DNA from: a virus
Lineage: Duplodnaviria > Heunggongvirae > Uroviricota > Caudoviricetes
Length of the DNA: 64,000 bases
Strand: one strand, 5' to 3'
Virus record (IMG/VR): IMGVR_UViG_3300029873_000387
A program made the position numbers and the translations under genes. The notes under the pieces are model-generated. The model did not search any database. It saw only the letters and a program-made list of their open reading frames with translations, and was not told where the DNA came from. Of the stretch, positions 37,322-46,181 are shown piece after piece (position 1 is the first letter of the stretch; each line of letters begins with the position of its first letter).

Positions 37322-37626
37322 CTCGCCAGCCTTGGAACATTCGCCCGTATAAGTGGCAGACTATTGCGAACTTGCGGTCTGCCAGCGCGACTCTTTGGTA
37401 ACGCAGGTTTGTATCTGCGTTGCAGATTCCGTCTCTACAGGCTCTGCACAGCCCAGCCACTTTCTATGTGTCGGCACACCGGCATAATTCTGGAGAAACA
37501 TTAGTCCTTTCCACGGCAATGCCATGCCGATGGCGCAGATGGCGGGGATTTGCACCCCGCATGACCTTACAGCGCATCGGTCTCCGCCATTTGAGAGGTC
37601 GGCATCCTGTCTGTAATTTGTAGCGT

Positions 37627-38328
37627 CTACCTATTCCGCCACATCTGCATATCTGAAATCGGAATTACCCGATTGTACAGGGCGACAAACTGGTCGTTGA
37701 GCTGTTTGTCCACATGGTAGTGACCGAAGTACCACCGCTTAAAATGAAGGTCTTGACGAATGCGTTCCAAAAAACTGACCATCGGGTCGTTTTCATACCA
37801 ACTTGCCAGCATTGTCTGGATGCTGCGGGGAGCGCAGTGCGTTACAACATAATCAACTGTCCAGTTGTTCTGCTCCAGAGCACAAACTGCATGTTCCATC
37901 TCCTCGTTTGACGGCATCTCCTGCTGCCACCATGAAATATGCTCCGTGCGATACGCCTTGTCCACTGAGCGAGCACCGCCCATACAGAAGATTTTTCTAC
38001 CGTCAATGGTAAGAACCTGACCTCTGTCCAAATGATAAATGTCCGGTGCAATTTGCCTGACTTTACCGCCGAACCTATCCTCTAACGGGAACTGGTATAG
38101 CATATCAAAGTTTTCGTGGTTTCCGTCAATCCAGAGAGTGGTGAAATTTTTGGCTGTGAGCCAGTCCTGCCACCACATTTCTCTGCGTGAACCGTCCCAG
38201 CACAATCCAAAGTCGCCACATATTATCAGGTAATCATCTTTTGTCAGATTTTTCTGCTGCGGGAATTTTGTTGTGTTAAGTTTTTCAATATCGATATTGG
38301 CGTGAGTATCACCTGTTACATATATCAT
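37627..38328 (-). CDS. Calcineurin-like metallophosphoesterase
   Basis: Motifs GDTHAN, ICGDFG, DGNHE and GHYH. Confidence 0.75.
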   Translation of the reverse strand: MIYVTGDTHANIDIEKLNTTKFPQQKNLTKDDYLIICGDFGLCWDGSRREMWWQDWLTAKNFTTLWIDGNHENFDMLYQFPLEDRFGGKVRQIAPDIYHLDRGQVLTIDGRKIFCMGGARSVDKAYRTEHISWWQQEMPSNEEMEHAVCALEQNNWTVDYVVTHCAPRSIQTMLASWYENDPMVSFLERIRQDLHFKRWYFGHYHVDKQLNDQFVALYNRVIPISDMQMWRNR

Positions 38329-38544
38329 GGAACCCGATTCCTTTCTTCATTTGCAATCTACATGGAGCGTGTACCTGGAGACCGGTGACCGGCGACGGCC
38401 CGGTTGCTTCGAGCGGGTGATTTCAACGGGGATATAGCGCTGTCGGGAAGCGCTTGTGGCTCAGTGTTTTATCTTCCTTGTTGTATTTCGTGCGCCTAAT
38501 GCTCACTTCTGCCGAGGTGTACTCTACCGGCGATGCGCTCTGAA

Positions 38545-38622
38545 CCTTCGTTCCGCCTTCGGGGCGGGCGGCCTTTGCTTTCCCAACAAATTGTTACTTT
38601 GGCCTTTGGCGCAAAGCACATT
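38545..38622. repeat. Conserved noncoding element, copy C (core TTCCCaaCAAaTTGTTACTTtgGCCTTTGGCGcaAAGC)
   Basis: One of three paralogous ~70-bp elements flanking the RT gene in the same orientation. It includes the dyad AACAAaTTGTT. Confidence 0.6.
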
Positions 38623-38832
38623 CCTTTCGGGATGTTATTCATTGCAAATGATTTTGGTGTTCCTGTAATCTACATAGGATAAGCGTGCCGGATGCGAGGC
38701 GCCTGGAGCGCATTGCAGGTGCGGTTAGTTCCTATTTTAATTCTCTGCTGGTGTGGAGTCCATTGTGCCGCAATGACCTCTGATTCTATTTCTCGTGCTT
38801 GATGACGAGCCCGACTGGGTCGGAGCCGCGTC

Positions 38833-38907
38833 AGCAGCCGGTCTTCAGGAAGAGGCGGGGTGTTCCTTCCCAGCAAGTTGTTACTTATGCCTTTGGCGAT
38901 AAGCATT
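38833..38907. repeat. Conserved noncoding element, copy B
   Basis: TTCCCagCAAgTTGTTACTTatGCCTTTGGCGatAAGC, preceded by GC-rich GGAAGAGGCGGGGTGTTCC. It lies 60 bp downstream of the RT stop. Confidence 0.6.
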
Positions 38908-38964
38908 GCTTTCGCAATTATCCATTACAGGAGATGGCGGTTTAACCTCAAACCGCCAAAGGGA

Positions 38965-40122
38965 TTATCTTAAATCGTCTTTGATAAGCCGCAGGACATC
39001 TGTCTCCATTTTTTCGTTGGTGTGCTTCACGATGGCATCGATAGTCTCCGGCTCTACCATGCGATAGTAGCTATGTAAGCCCTGCATAGTTTGCACATCT
39101 TCTCTCGGCCACGAGATGCCCTTGCGTTTATCGGTAATGTAGTTGTAAAGCATGGACTGGAACTGGCGCTTCTTCTTATGGCCGACAGTAATTTCATTGT
39201 CCTTGTTGAGCATAACACCAAGATTCCAGTTACGACCTGCGGAAGAGCCGTATCTCGTTTTGCTTTCGTTGATGGTGAACGGCGCTCCAAATTCATGCAG
39301 CGTATCCACCACGAGTTTTTCTACACGATGCACATCGAAATCAACCTTAGACGAAATGATGAAGTCATCGGCATATCTGGTGTAAATGAACCGCTGCTTG
39401 TCAAAATCACGGAATGCATTGGCAAGCTTATAGTCAACAGGAATCATCATCACATTGGTAATCAGCGGAGAAAGTGGAGTTCCCTGCGGCAGACCTCCAT
39501 TGAGAAAAGCCAAATCCAAGGCCTTCCGCAACTCTGCCTCGCCGTTGGGAAACTTTACGATTTCGCTGAATGGGAACACCATAGAAAGCATTTTGATAAC
39601 ATAATCCAGCGTGGTGCTACCAAAGAAATCGTGCAAATCCAGCTTGCCGAACCATTTGCTGTTGTTTTTCTGATGGCGCTTGACCGCATCAACCGTACAT
39701 CTGTTTTTTACATAGGCGAATGCAGAAGTGTGATACAACGCATGGAAATCTTCCTCAAAAATAGTCTTGAGATTCCGCAATGCGTTCATCAGCTCCGGTT
39801 TAGGGGCATCAATACGACGCAAACCACCAGACTTTTTGGGGATGTGGAATGTTTCATACAAAGTACTGCGTTCCTGTGCGCGAAGCGCCTCCGTTTGCTC
39901 ATTAAAGCGCACCAGTTTGCAGATAAGAGCGTCCGTATCAATGCGGCTTGTGAAATGCTCACTTACCGTTTCATATGCATAGGTTCGTGTATTAGAAACA
40001 TTTGTGTTTAATATGGTTGGCGCTTGGAAGTTTTGAAAGAGAAACTCTTCCAGTGTCATTTGGTGATAAATCGGGGATTGCATGACCGTGATATATACCA
40101 TCGCCCTATGCCTCCTTTTCAT
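38965..40122 (-). CDS. Reverse transcriptase (standalone; palm + thumb only)
   Basis: RT motifs IPKKSGGLRRIDAP (1/2), LDLHDFFGS (A), GLPQGTPLSPLITN (B'), YTRYADDFII (C, YADD). 385 aa. No endonuclease or maturase extension. Confidence 0.85.
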   Translation of the reverse strand: MKRRHRAMVYITVMQSPIYHQMTLEEFLFQNFQAPTILNTNVSNTRTYAYETVSEHFTSRIDTDALICKLVRFNEQTEALRAQERSTLYETFHIPKKSGGLRRIDAPKPELMNALRNLKTIFEEDFHALYHTSAFAYVKNRCTVDAVKRHQKNNSKWFGKLDLHDFFGSTTLDYVIKMLSMVFPFSEIVKFPNGEAELRKALDLAFLNGGLPQGTPLSPLITNVMMIPVDYKLANAFRDFDKQRFIYTRYADDFIISSKVDFDVHRVEKLVVDTLHEFGAPFTINESKTRYGSSAGRNWNLGVMLNKDNEITVGHKKKRQFQSMLYNYITDKRKGISWPREDVQTMQGLHSYYRMVEPETIDAIVKHTNEKMETDVLRLIKDDLR

Positions 40123-40354
40123 AGTCGTAACTGTAACCTACATGAGTGTTGCTGCGTTTGAATCAAAAGAAGCTCATCTGCAGGGAGCTGAGTGAGCTGC
40201 ATCTGCCAGTATCTTTTTAGTTAAGTTGAGAATAATTGTCGTGATTTGGGTGGGTTTTGTGTAGGATAATACTTGACAAGCCAGGTTTGCTGTGCTATTC
40301 CGGCTGTTGGTTCCCTGGTGGATGTCCAAGGTGCCTTCGGTGACCCCGGAGGAG

Positions 40355-40430
40355 TCGATGGTCATCCTTCTGGGCAGGCGGTGTTTTCCTCCCCGACAAT
40401 TTGTTACTTCAGCCTTTGGCGTGAAGCCCC
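40355..40430. repeat. Conserved noncoding element, copy A (upstream of the RT)
   Basis: CCTCCCCgaCAAtTTGTTACTTcaGCCTTTGGCGtgAAGC, preceded by GGCAGGCGGTGTTTTCC. Same orientation as copies B and C. Confidence 0.6.
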
Positions 40431-40466
40431 CGAAAAGGGTAATTCGTTACAGTTCAATGGCGCATT

Positions 40467-41276
40467 TTAAGGCTGCGCCACACCTAATAGCTCGAACAGT
40501 TCTGCATCTGTGCAGGTTTCGTTTTTCAATGCGTATGGTTTGATGTGGGCTACGCCGTTTTCATCAACCTCTACCACTGTTTCCGGTTTCAGCCGACACA
40601 TCGGCCTAAGCCCCGCGCAGTCACGGGGATATTTCCTCTCACAATACCCAGACCTACTAAGAGCCAAAGCATAGTCTCTGAATCCATCCTGCTTGCCTGC
40701 CAACCAGAAATTCATGTAAGACTCCCAACTGAAATTACCAAACCGGCCTTTTTTGTTAGCACAGTCTTCTGTTGCTTTGGGACGAATGCCTTTCTTGGAA
40801 AACAGCTTCAACTTCAATTGGTCATCAAGGATATCGGTGATGGTAGGAAGTCGAATGAGGGAACTGAGCGTCTCACCGTCAACCACATACTGCTGCATCT
40901 GCAAGCTATCGAGTTCATAATCTTCAAAGAAGTATAGAAACCCATAATGGTTGCGATAGCTTTGTGCTCGGTTGCTGAAAACATTATTCGGAGGGGCATC
41001 TGCTTCATGAGTTTTGCGAAACCAATCGTCTCTGTCGCTGTTTAGGTATGTATGAATATTGGACAGACGATAGTCGGGATTGCCAAGATTGCGCCTGCCG
41101 TCTCCAGTTCTTTCCGGTGCATCAAAGCAAAGATAATCCACGGCACACTCGGTGATAAAATCGCAGTTTGGACTGCCTTTCAGCCAAACAACAGGGTGCG
41201 GCTCATCATTGTTGACACCGTAAGAGCCAATGATGACCGGTGTGCCGACCTTAAGGCGTTCAACGGTAGTATCCAT
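40467..41276 (-). CDS. Hypothetical protein
   Basis: 269-aa ORF downstream of the E1-like gene. HPVVWLKGSPNCDF is only vaguely E2-like. Confidence 0.45.
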   Translation of the reverse strand: MDTTVERLKVGTPVIIGSYGVNNDEPHPVVWLKGSPNCDFITECAVDYLCFDAPERTGDGRRNLGNPDYRLSNIHTYLNSDRDDWFRKTHEADAPPNNVFSNRAQSYRNHYGFLYFFEDYELDSLQMQQYVVDGETLSSLIRLPTITDILDDQLKLKLFSKKGIRPKATEDCANKKGRFGNFSWESYMNFWLAGKQDGFRDYALALSRSGYCERKYPRDCAGLRPMCRLKPETVVEVDENGVAHIKPYALKNETCTDAELFELLGVAQP

Positions 41277-41310
41277 AATGCACCGCCCTCCTTTCGTTTC
41301 TCATTGCTGA

Positions 41311-41988
41311 TTAAAAAGCGTCCAACATAAAGTTGAACGCATCCAAGATGATAAGCTTTTTCAACCCCTTGCCACGAATGAAGTTGACAAAGTTGGCAAC
41401 GCCAAGTGCGCAGATAGCTCTGACAGTCGGTGCAACACCCAGCGTAATGCCGCAGGCGGAGACAGGCGTTTCCTCAGCCGCTTCTTCATGACTGAAATTC
41501 ATGGAGTTCAACAGGTCTTTCTTCATCTTGTAGTCAGACCAGTCAGCAGCATAATGCTGTGCGGATTCCAGCAGAGTTCGGAAATCCAGCATCGCTTTGA
41601 CATAAGGATTGTCAAAATGCTTTTCAACAATCTGGCGGCGCAGTTCGATATTGTCCACGCAGAGGAAGACATAGCCGGAAAGCTGCTGACCACTCCACCC
41701 CTTGCCGTAAAGCTTGAGGTCATCTTTGATTTCGGGATTGATTTCAAACAGAATATCTGCCAGAGCCTCCACTTTGGGGCGACCGATATCCTGCTGGCGG
41801 AAAATCTGGTTTGCCAGATTGTGCGGATTCACGACATCCATATCCCACAGGGCGAGATTGGTGATGCCAAGACGGACGAGGTTCTCTGCCAGTGTTGCGC
41901 CGACAGAACCACATCCAACAATGTTAATGCGAGCCTCAACCTTTTCAGGCTGAAAATACTCGTAGCTTTTAGACAAATCCATCGCCAT
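41311..41988 (-). CDS. E1-like (ThiF/MoeB-family) adenylyltransferase
   Basis: Rossmann motif NIVGCGSVGATLAENLVRLGITNLALWDMDVVNPHNLANQ. Short (225 aa), as in minimal bacterial E1-like proteins. Confidence 0.75.
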   Translation of the reverse strand: MAMDLSKSYEYFQPEKVEARINIVGCGSVGATLAENLVRLGITNLALWDMDVVNPHNLANQIFRQQDIGRPKVEALADILFEINPEIKDDLKLYGKGWSGQQLSGYVFLCVDNIELRRQIVEKHFDNPYVKAMLDFRTLLESAQHYAADWSDYKMKKDLLNSMNFSHEEAAEETPVSACGITLGVAPTVRAICALGVANFVNFIRGKGLKKLIILDAFNFMLDAF

Positions 41989-41990
41989 TA

Positions 41991-42977
41991 TTACTCACCT
42001 CCAAGATACTGGTCGCTGTAGCCTCCATAGTGATACACAGAGTCATCGTCATCTTCGTCCCACATGGACTGCTGACTGGCGTTCTTTCCTTGCCAACCCG
42101 CACCGATTCTTGTGCGCGGTTTCTCGCCGGACTTTTCAGACTTCTTGTCCGATTTCTTATCGTCAGACTTCTTATCGGACTTCTTACCGCCCTTGTCCTC
42201 TTTCTCATCCTTTTTGCTTCCCGGAAGAGGATTGTAAGGGGCGCCGGAATAAGGCGGGCGATTGCCACTGTAGCCGCCATATCCGCCATAGTTGCCATAG
42301 GTATAGCTTTTCTGCTTGACCATATCCTTGGCGGTCTTGAGGAACTCGGCCAGCCCCTCATGCTCACCCTCAAGCTTGACGGTGATGTCCTTATCTTCAA
42401 ACAGGACATTCTTCTTGAGGTCATAGATTTTATTTGTACTGACAAACGACTTGTTCCAAATCATGAAGATGTAGAAATCATCGTCCCCCAGCATATTGAG
42501 GATTTCCTCCTGATGATTGAGGTCTACAGAGGAAGGACTGGTCGGCATATTGACATGGGAATGCCCCTGCATATGAATGTTGTTGAAACGCTCATCGTCT
42601 GCATTCTGCATCAACCACTCAGCGTACTTCTCGGTATCCATCTCAACCGTGGTGCCAGAAACCTCCTGCGGATAAACCACGATGTCTTCGATGATGTACT
42701 CATCTACGGCTTCGTCGGCTGCACGATGTGCAACACCATGCCAAGCGACCTCTTTATCGAACTCCTTGATAAGGAGTGCCATCTTTGCCCATGCTCCAGC
42801 GGTAAAGACGACAGTTGCTTTTCTGTCACCACAGGTGAACACCTTCGTGAATGACAGTTTTCCATCTGCAAGCTTTGTGAGTTGCAGAGCCTTTTCAAAG
42901 TCCGCACGGCACTCAGCCATGTACTGCTCGGTCATCTTAATGGGTTTACTCATTTTGCGCCTCCTCCGCTTACTCAT
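41991..42977 (-). CDS. JAB/MPN (JAMM) metalloprotease with a low-complexity tail
   Basis: Exact JAMM motif HSHVNMPTSPSSVD (H-x-H-x7-S-x2-D). The C-terminus carries Gly/Tyr and Lys/Ser/Asp repeats. 4-nt overlap with the E1-like gene. Confidence 0.75.
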   Translation of the reverse strand: MSKRRRRKMSKPIKMTEQYMAECRADFEKALQLTKLADGKLSFTKVFTCGDRKATVVFTAGAWAKMALLIKEFDKEVAWHGVAHRAADEAVDEYIIEDIVVYPQEVSGTTVEMDTEKYAEWLMQNADDERFNNIHMQGHSHVNMPTSPSSVDLNHQEEILNMLGDDDFYIFMIWNKSFVSTNKIYDLKKNVLFEDKDITVKLEGEHEGLAEFLKTAKDMVKQKSYTYGNYGGYGGYSGNRPPYSGAPYNPLPGSKKDEKEDKGGKKSDKKSDDKKSDKKSEKSGEKPRTRIGAGWQGKNASQQSMWDEDDDDSVYHYGGYSDQYLGGE

Positions 42978-44433
42978 TTGTCTGTGCTTCTTGCTGCTCC
43001 AACCAAGTGATGGCTTCGTTGGGCTTTACAACACGACCATCAGGCAGTTCGATGCAGCGATTGTTGCTGCCGTTGCCCCACATAGACCGCATAAACGAAG
43101 TCATAACCGCAGAGTCACCCCAGTTAAGACTCTTGCAGGAAGCAATGCACTGCTCCAACGCACCGATGTAATCGTGATTCTTGAGGAGCCTGTTGATAGT
43201 GGTGGTATAGTTGCCCATGCAGTTGTAGTCGCTGATGTGGGGATTGGGAAGATAATCAGCGTACTCTGCGCCAAAGCTCCGATGCCCCTGCGGAGAAACG
43301 CTGCCGTTGAGATCAAAGCGATACGATGCGCAGACACGAATTTTCAAACGTGGCTCTTCGCTGACAAAGATTTCAGTCATCAGCCTTTTCATCTTCTCAG
43401 CAGCTGCACCTGTATGGCCGGAACCACCATCAGGACGATAAACGAAGCTGGTAGCACGATTGATGATTCGCTCCGCCATATCCCGGTCAAAATATTCCAG
43501 GCAGTCCTTGACCGTGAAATACATATCGGTGTTGGTCACACGCTCCAGAACCAGCTTGGTATTACACAGGAAGTACTCCATGATTTCGGAGTCCTCACCG
43601 CCATCGGCAACTTTCTGCTCAAGCCCCAGCAAACGAATGCACTGCTCATTACGCTTCGTGAACTGTTCACCGATATTGTCATTCAGGCGGGTGATTTCTC
43701 TATCAATGTTCTGAATCATCTGCCTGACCCGGTCGCACTCAATCTGCTCATAGCGGGTTTCAAACCCCTTCAACAGCTGGCGGATTCTTGCGGTTCGGAA
43801 ATCATACCGTTCTGCAAGTTTGGCAAGACAGCGTTCATACTCTTCTGAGTTCTTCTCACGAAGGGACTTGACCAACGCAAGTTCATCCTCAGTGATGCCC
43901 TCCTGCTGGTTCAGATACCACGGCAGGAATGCAAGGATAGAAACCTGCAGGTAGTGCATTTTGCGGATGTCGAGGCTGTCCGCAAAGATAATAACGCTTT
44001 TAAGTTCGGGATTGATATAGCAATCTACGGCGAAAGACTTGCGGTAGAACTCTGCGAACTTTTCGAGGCGATGATACCCCGCATACACAGAGGCAAACTT
44101 GTCAGCGATGATTTTCATGTTGGCAAAATTGCTGTCCGAATCTGCCCGCAAACTATGAACAACAACCTGTCCCGTCGCGTTCATATCATAGTTGTTGCAG
44201 ACAGCCAAAACGGCTCTGTCCGCTGGAACACTCCGAATAGTGTCTGCCGTATAATCGGAAGAGCCGAACACCAGATTGACGGACTCTCCCTCTTTGATTC
44301 GAGGTGCAACTAAGGCACGAAGCGTCGCAAGGAAAGAGCAGTCGTTGCCGAAAGCACCGCCGGTAATGTTGGTGAAGTAGCTATTGGCAGCTTCCGTGGT
44401 AAACGGCGTTGACGAAATGCTTGTTTTGAACAT
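42970..44433 (-). CDS. Large hypothetical protein of the E1/JAB gene cluster
   Basis: Start set at MFKTSIS (AGAGGTG RBS), because the longer ORF-track start overlaps tRNA-Leu. Confidence 0.5.
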   Translation of the reverse strand: MFKTSISSTPFTTEAANSYFTNITGGAFGNDCSFLATLRALVAPRIKEGESVNLVFGSSDYTADTIRSVPADRAVLAVCNNYDMNATGQVVVHSLRADSDSNFANMKIIADKFASVYAGYHRLEKFAEFYRKSFAVDCYINPELKSVIIFADSLDIRKMHYLQVSILAFLPWYLNQQEGITEDELALVKSLREKNSEEYERCLAKLAERYDFRTARIRQLLKGFETRYEQIECDRVRQMIQNIDREITRLNDNIGEQFTKRNEQCIRLLGLEQKVADGGEDSEIMEYFLCNTKLVLERVTNTDMYFTVKDCLEYFDRDMAERIINRATSFVYRPDGGSGHTGAAAEKMKRLMTEIFVSEEPRLKIRVCASYRFDLNGSVSPQGHRSFGAEYADYLPNPHISDYNCMGNYTTTINRLLKNHDYIGALEQCIASCKSLNWGDSAVMTSFMRSMWGNGSNNRCIELPDGRVVKPNEAITWLEQQEAQTNE

Positions 44434-44460
44434 AGGAACACCTCTATTCATTTTGTTATA

Positions 44461-44545
44461 TGGTGGGGAATATCGGAGTCGAACCGATATGGTATGCACC
44501 AGCGGATTTTAAGTCCGCAGCGTCTGCCTGTTCCGCCAATTCCCC
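44461..44545 (-). tRNA. tRNA-Leu (anticodon UAA), type II
   Basis: GGGGAAT-TGGCGGAACAGGCAGACGC-TGCGGA-CTTAAAA-TCCGC-TGGTGCATACCATAT-CGGTTCGACTCCG-ATATTCCCC-A-CCA. Confidence 0.85.
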
Positions 44546-44596
44546 ATAGAAAGAGCCGCCCATTCGGGCGGCTCGGCTGGTTTAATTGCTTGTGAA

Positions 44597-44824
44597 TCAG
44601 GCATTATCGGCCTTGACCACATTCAGCAGGAAGCACTTCTCGGTGATACCGAACTGAGCGAAGGTCTTGTCGAGGTCGCCGGGGTTCAAAGAGGAACCGT
44701 CGAGGTGCATGACGCCACGGGTGTAGTCAACGCCGTTTGCCTCCAGGCAGGCACGCAGGGTAGTGGACTCGTCGATGATAACGGACTCGCGCTTGACATT
44801 GTTGCCAACAGTAACCTTAATCAT
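44597..44824 (-). CDS. Small beta-grasp protein, possibly ubiquitin-like (ThiS/MoaD-like pattern), ending in ...KADNA with no terminal GG
   Basis: MIKVTVGNNVKRESVIIDESTTLRACLEANGVDYTRGVMHLDGSSLNPGDLDKTF... follows the ThiS pattern M.I.V......V.....TL..L...G......V.L.G..L....L. Confidence 0.4.
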   Translation of the reverse strand: MIKVTVGNNVKRESVIIDESTTLRACLEANGVDYTRGVMHLDGSSLNPGDLDKTFAQFGITEKCFLLNVVKADNA

Positions 44825-44866
44825 AATGTTTCTCCTTTAATTCAAAATTTGTTTTGTTGTGAAACG

Positions 44867-44895
44867 GAACGGGGCGGTGTAAACCGCCCCGTTTT
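44867..44895. terminator. GC-rich hairpin terminator between two minus-strand genes
   Basis: CGGGGCGGTgtaaACCGCCCCG followed by TTTTG on the plus strand. The U-tract is weaker on the minus strand. Confidence 0.45.
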
Positions 44896-44906
44896 GCGAC
44901 CCGTGA

Positions 44907-45305
44907 TTACTGAGCGACCGTGATGTTGCTCATCACAGTTGCCTTCTCACCCGCAATCTCATCGAGAACGGCGGGCAGCTTCTCCTCAAGCTTGTTGAGG
45001 TTGATGATGGCGGCGCCCAGACGGTCGGCAACCCAATCCTTGACATCGCCGGTCACGCCGTCAAGGAACAGGGTGATACACGCCAGCTTCTCATCATCGC
45101 GGGTCTCAGCGCCGAAAGAAGCGCCGAAAGCGTTGATGTTACCGGCACCACTGGTGGTACCCACAGCGAAGATAGGCTCCTTACCGTCCTCGCCGCCCTT
45201 GAGAACCAGCTCCTTGGGGCGGTACTTCTCAATGGTCTTGATGTCCTCCAGCTTCATTGCGGAAGTTACGACAGCTGCGTCGCCTGCGATAGTGATTTTT
45301 GCCAT
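44907..45305 (-). CDS. Hypothetical protein (Gly/Ala-rich)
   Basis: 132-aa ORF with a hairpin terminator immediately downstream, suggesting high expression. Confidence 0.5.
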   Translation of the reverse strand: MAKITIAGDAAVVTSAMKLEDIKTIEKYRPKELVLKGGEDGKEPIFAVGTTSGAGNINAFGASFGAETRDDEKLACITLFLDGVTGDVKDWVADRLGAAIINLNKLEEKLPAVLDEIAGEKATVMSNITVAQ

Positions 45306-45397
45306 GATGTATGTACTCCTTCAATACTGATGTACTCCTATTGGTTCACCTTGCGGTTATCCGCCCACACCACGGGGAGGTTGGAGCCGTTGTGGGT

Positions 45398-45432
45398 ATA
45401 AAACGCGCCCGGTCTCCTTCACGGAGCGCCGG
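45398..45432 (-). terminator. Hairpin terminator downstream of 45498..46172
   Basis: On the minus strand: GCCCGGCGCTCCGTGAAGGAGACCGGGCGC then GTTTTATAC. Confidence 0.4.
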
Positions 45433-45497
45433 GCACTTGTAAAAAGCTATTTGATTTTACAGGTTCGGGCAAAAGCTGATGGCTGCGCCATGCAGCT

Positions 45498-46172
45498 TTA
45501 AGTGCAGAAGCCGAAAGCGACGCCATTACTGTCGTTGGCGTAGTAAAAGTTGGCGCCGCCGTTGCTGTTGACACGACAGAAAAAATCGCTGTAGCCAGAA
45601 CGAGGAGAACGCAACATGGTGTACTCGGGATTACCGTTGCGAAGCTTGAACCATGCGACATCCTCCTGACGATACCATTCGTACCAATGTCCCTCGCCGG
45701 GCGCAGAGTAGATATTGCGCCCATACAATTCCTTCTCGGACTTTATCCAGAAAGAATCCAGTGTCTCAATGATACGATTTTCTCCTGTGTACACATCGGC
45801 TGTCTGCTTAATGACTGGCGTGACAACATCCAAAATCTCATCGGGAATCAGACGATGGATGTCGCCGTCCGCATCGTTGAGCCGGTGGCGAATTTGGGTT
45901 GCCTCCCACGACCCCTCGTTGGTGTCCCGTCTATTCCACGGGTAAGTGTTAGGCAGACAGTCTACCATCTCCCACGAAATGGGAGCCAAAGAACCGTCGC
46001 TTGTTTTGTCATGATTGAAGCCGATGATGCGAAACTGAACCTGCGCACCGTTCTTCAGCACAACATTGCGGTAATCTCCGAGCTGCAAGAAATCAGCCGC
46101 ATATTTTCCAAGCCCTTTCAAAGAACGCCAGGGCATATTATCCAAGCAGTTTGGCATCTCACAGACCTCCAA
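45498..46172 (-). CDS. Hypothetical protein
   Basis: 224-aa ORF, Trp/Asn/Gly-rich. Confidence 0.5.
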   Translation of the reverse strand: MEVCEMPNCLDNMPWRSLKGLGKYAADFLQLGDYRNVVLKNGAQVQFRIIGFNHDKTSDGSLAPISWEMVDCLPNTYPWNRRDTNEGSWEATQIRHRLNDADGDIHRLIPDEILDVVTPVIKQTADVYTGENRIIETLDSFWIKSEKELYGRNIYSAPGEGHWYEWYRQEDVAWFKLRNGNPEYTMLRSPRSGYSDFFCRVNSNGGANFYYANDSNGVAFGFCT

Positions 46173-46181
46173 TCAAAAATG

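Noticed and set aside
37283-37623. Short ORFs 37283..37504, 37361..37555 and 37420..37623
   Set aside because: They overlap one another in different frames and are Arg/Cys/Trp-rich in a hairpin-rich region. This is more likely structured RNA than coding.
37271-37626. Phage-encoded tmRNA
   Set aside because: The T-arm/acceptor-like 3' end is present, but no 5' strand pairs with it, and no resume-codon or tag ORF ending in a hydrophobic A-A stop was found.
38545-40430. Diversity-generating retroelement (TR/VR pair with the RT)
   Set aside because: Differences between the repeat copies are at mixed positions (G/A, T/A, C/A) rather than restricted to adenines of one copy. The copies are intergenic rather than at the 3' end of a target ORF. 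The RT has QGxxxSP, not the DGR-type motif.
38330-40466. Group II intron carrying the RT
   Set aside because: Only ~340 nt lie upstream of the ORF (too short for domains I-III). There is no GUGYG 5' end and no domain V-like hairpin downstream. The RT has no En domain and no clear maturase (X) domain, although the HSYY motif is weakly X-like.
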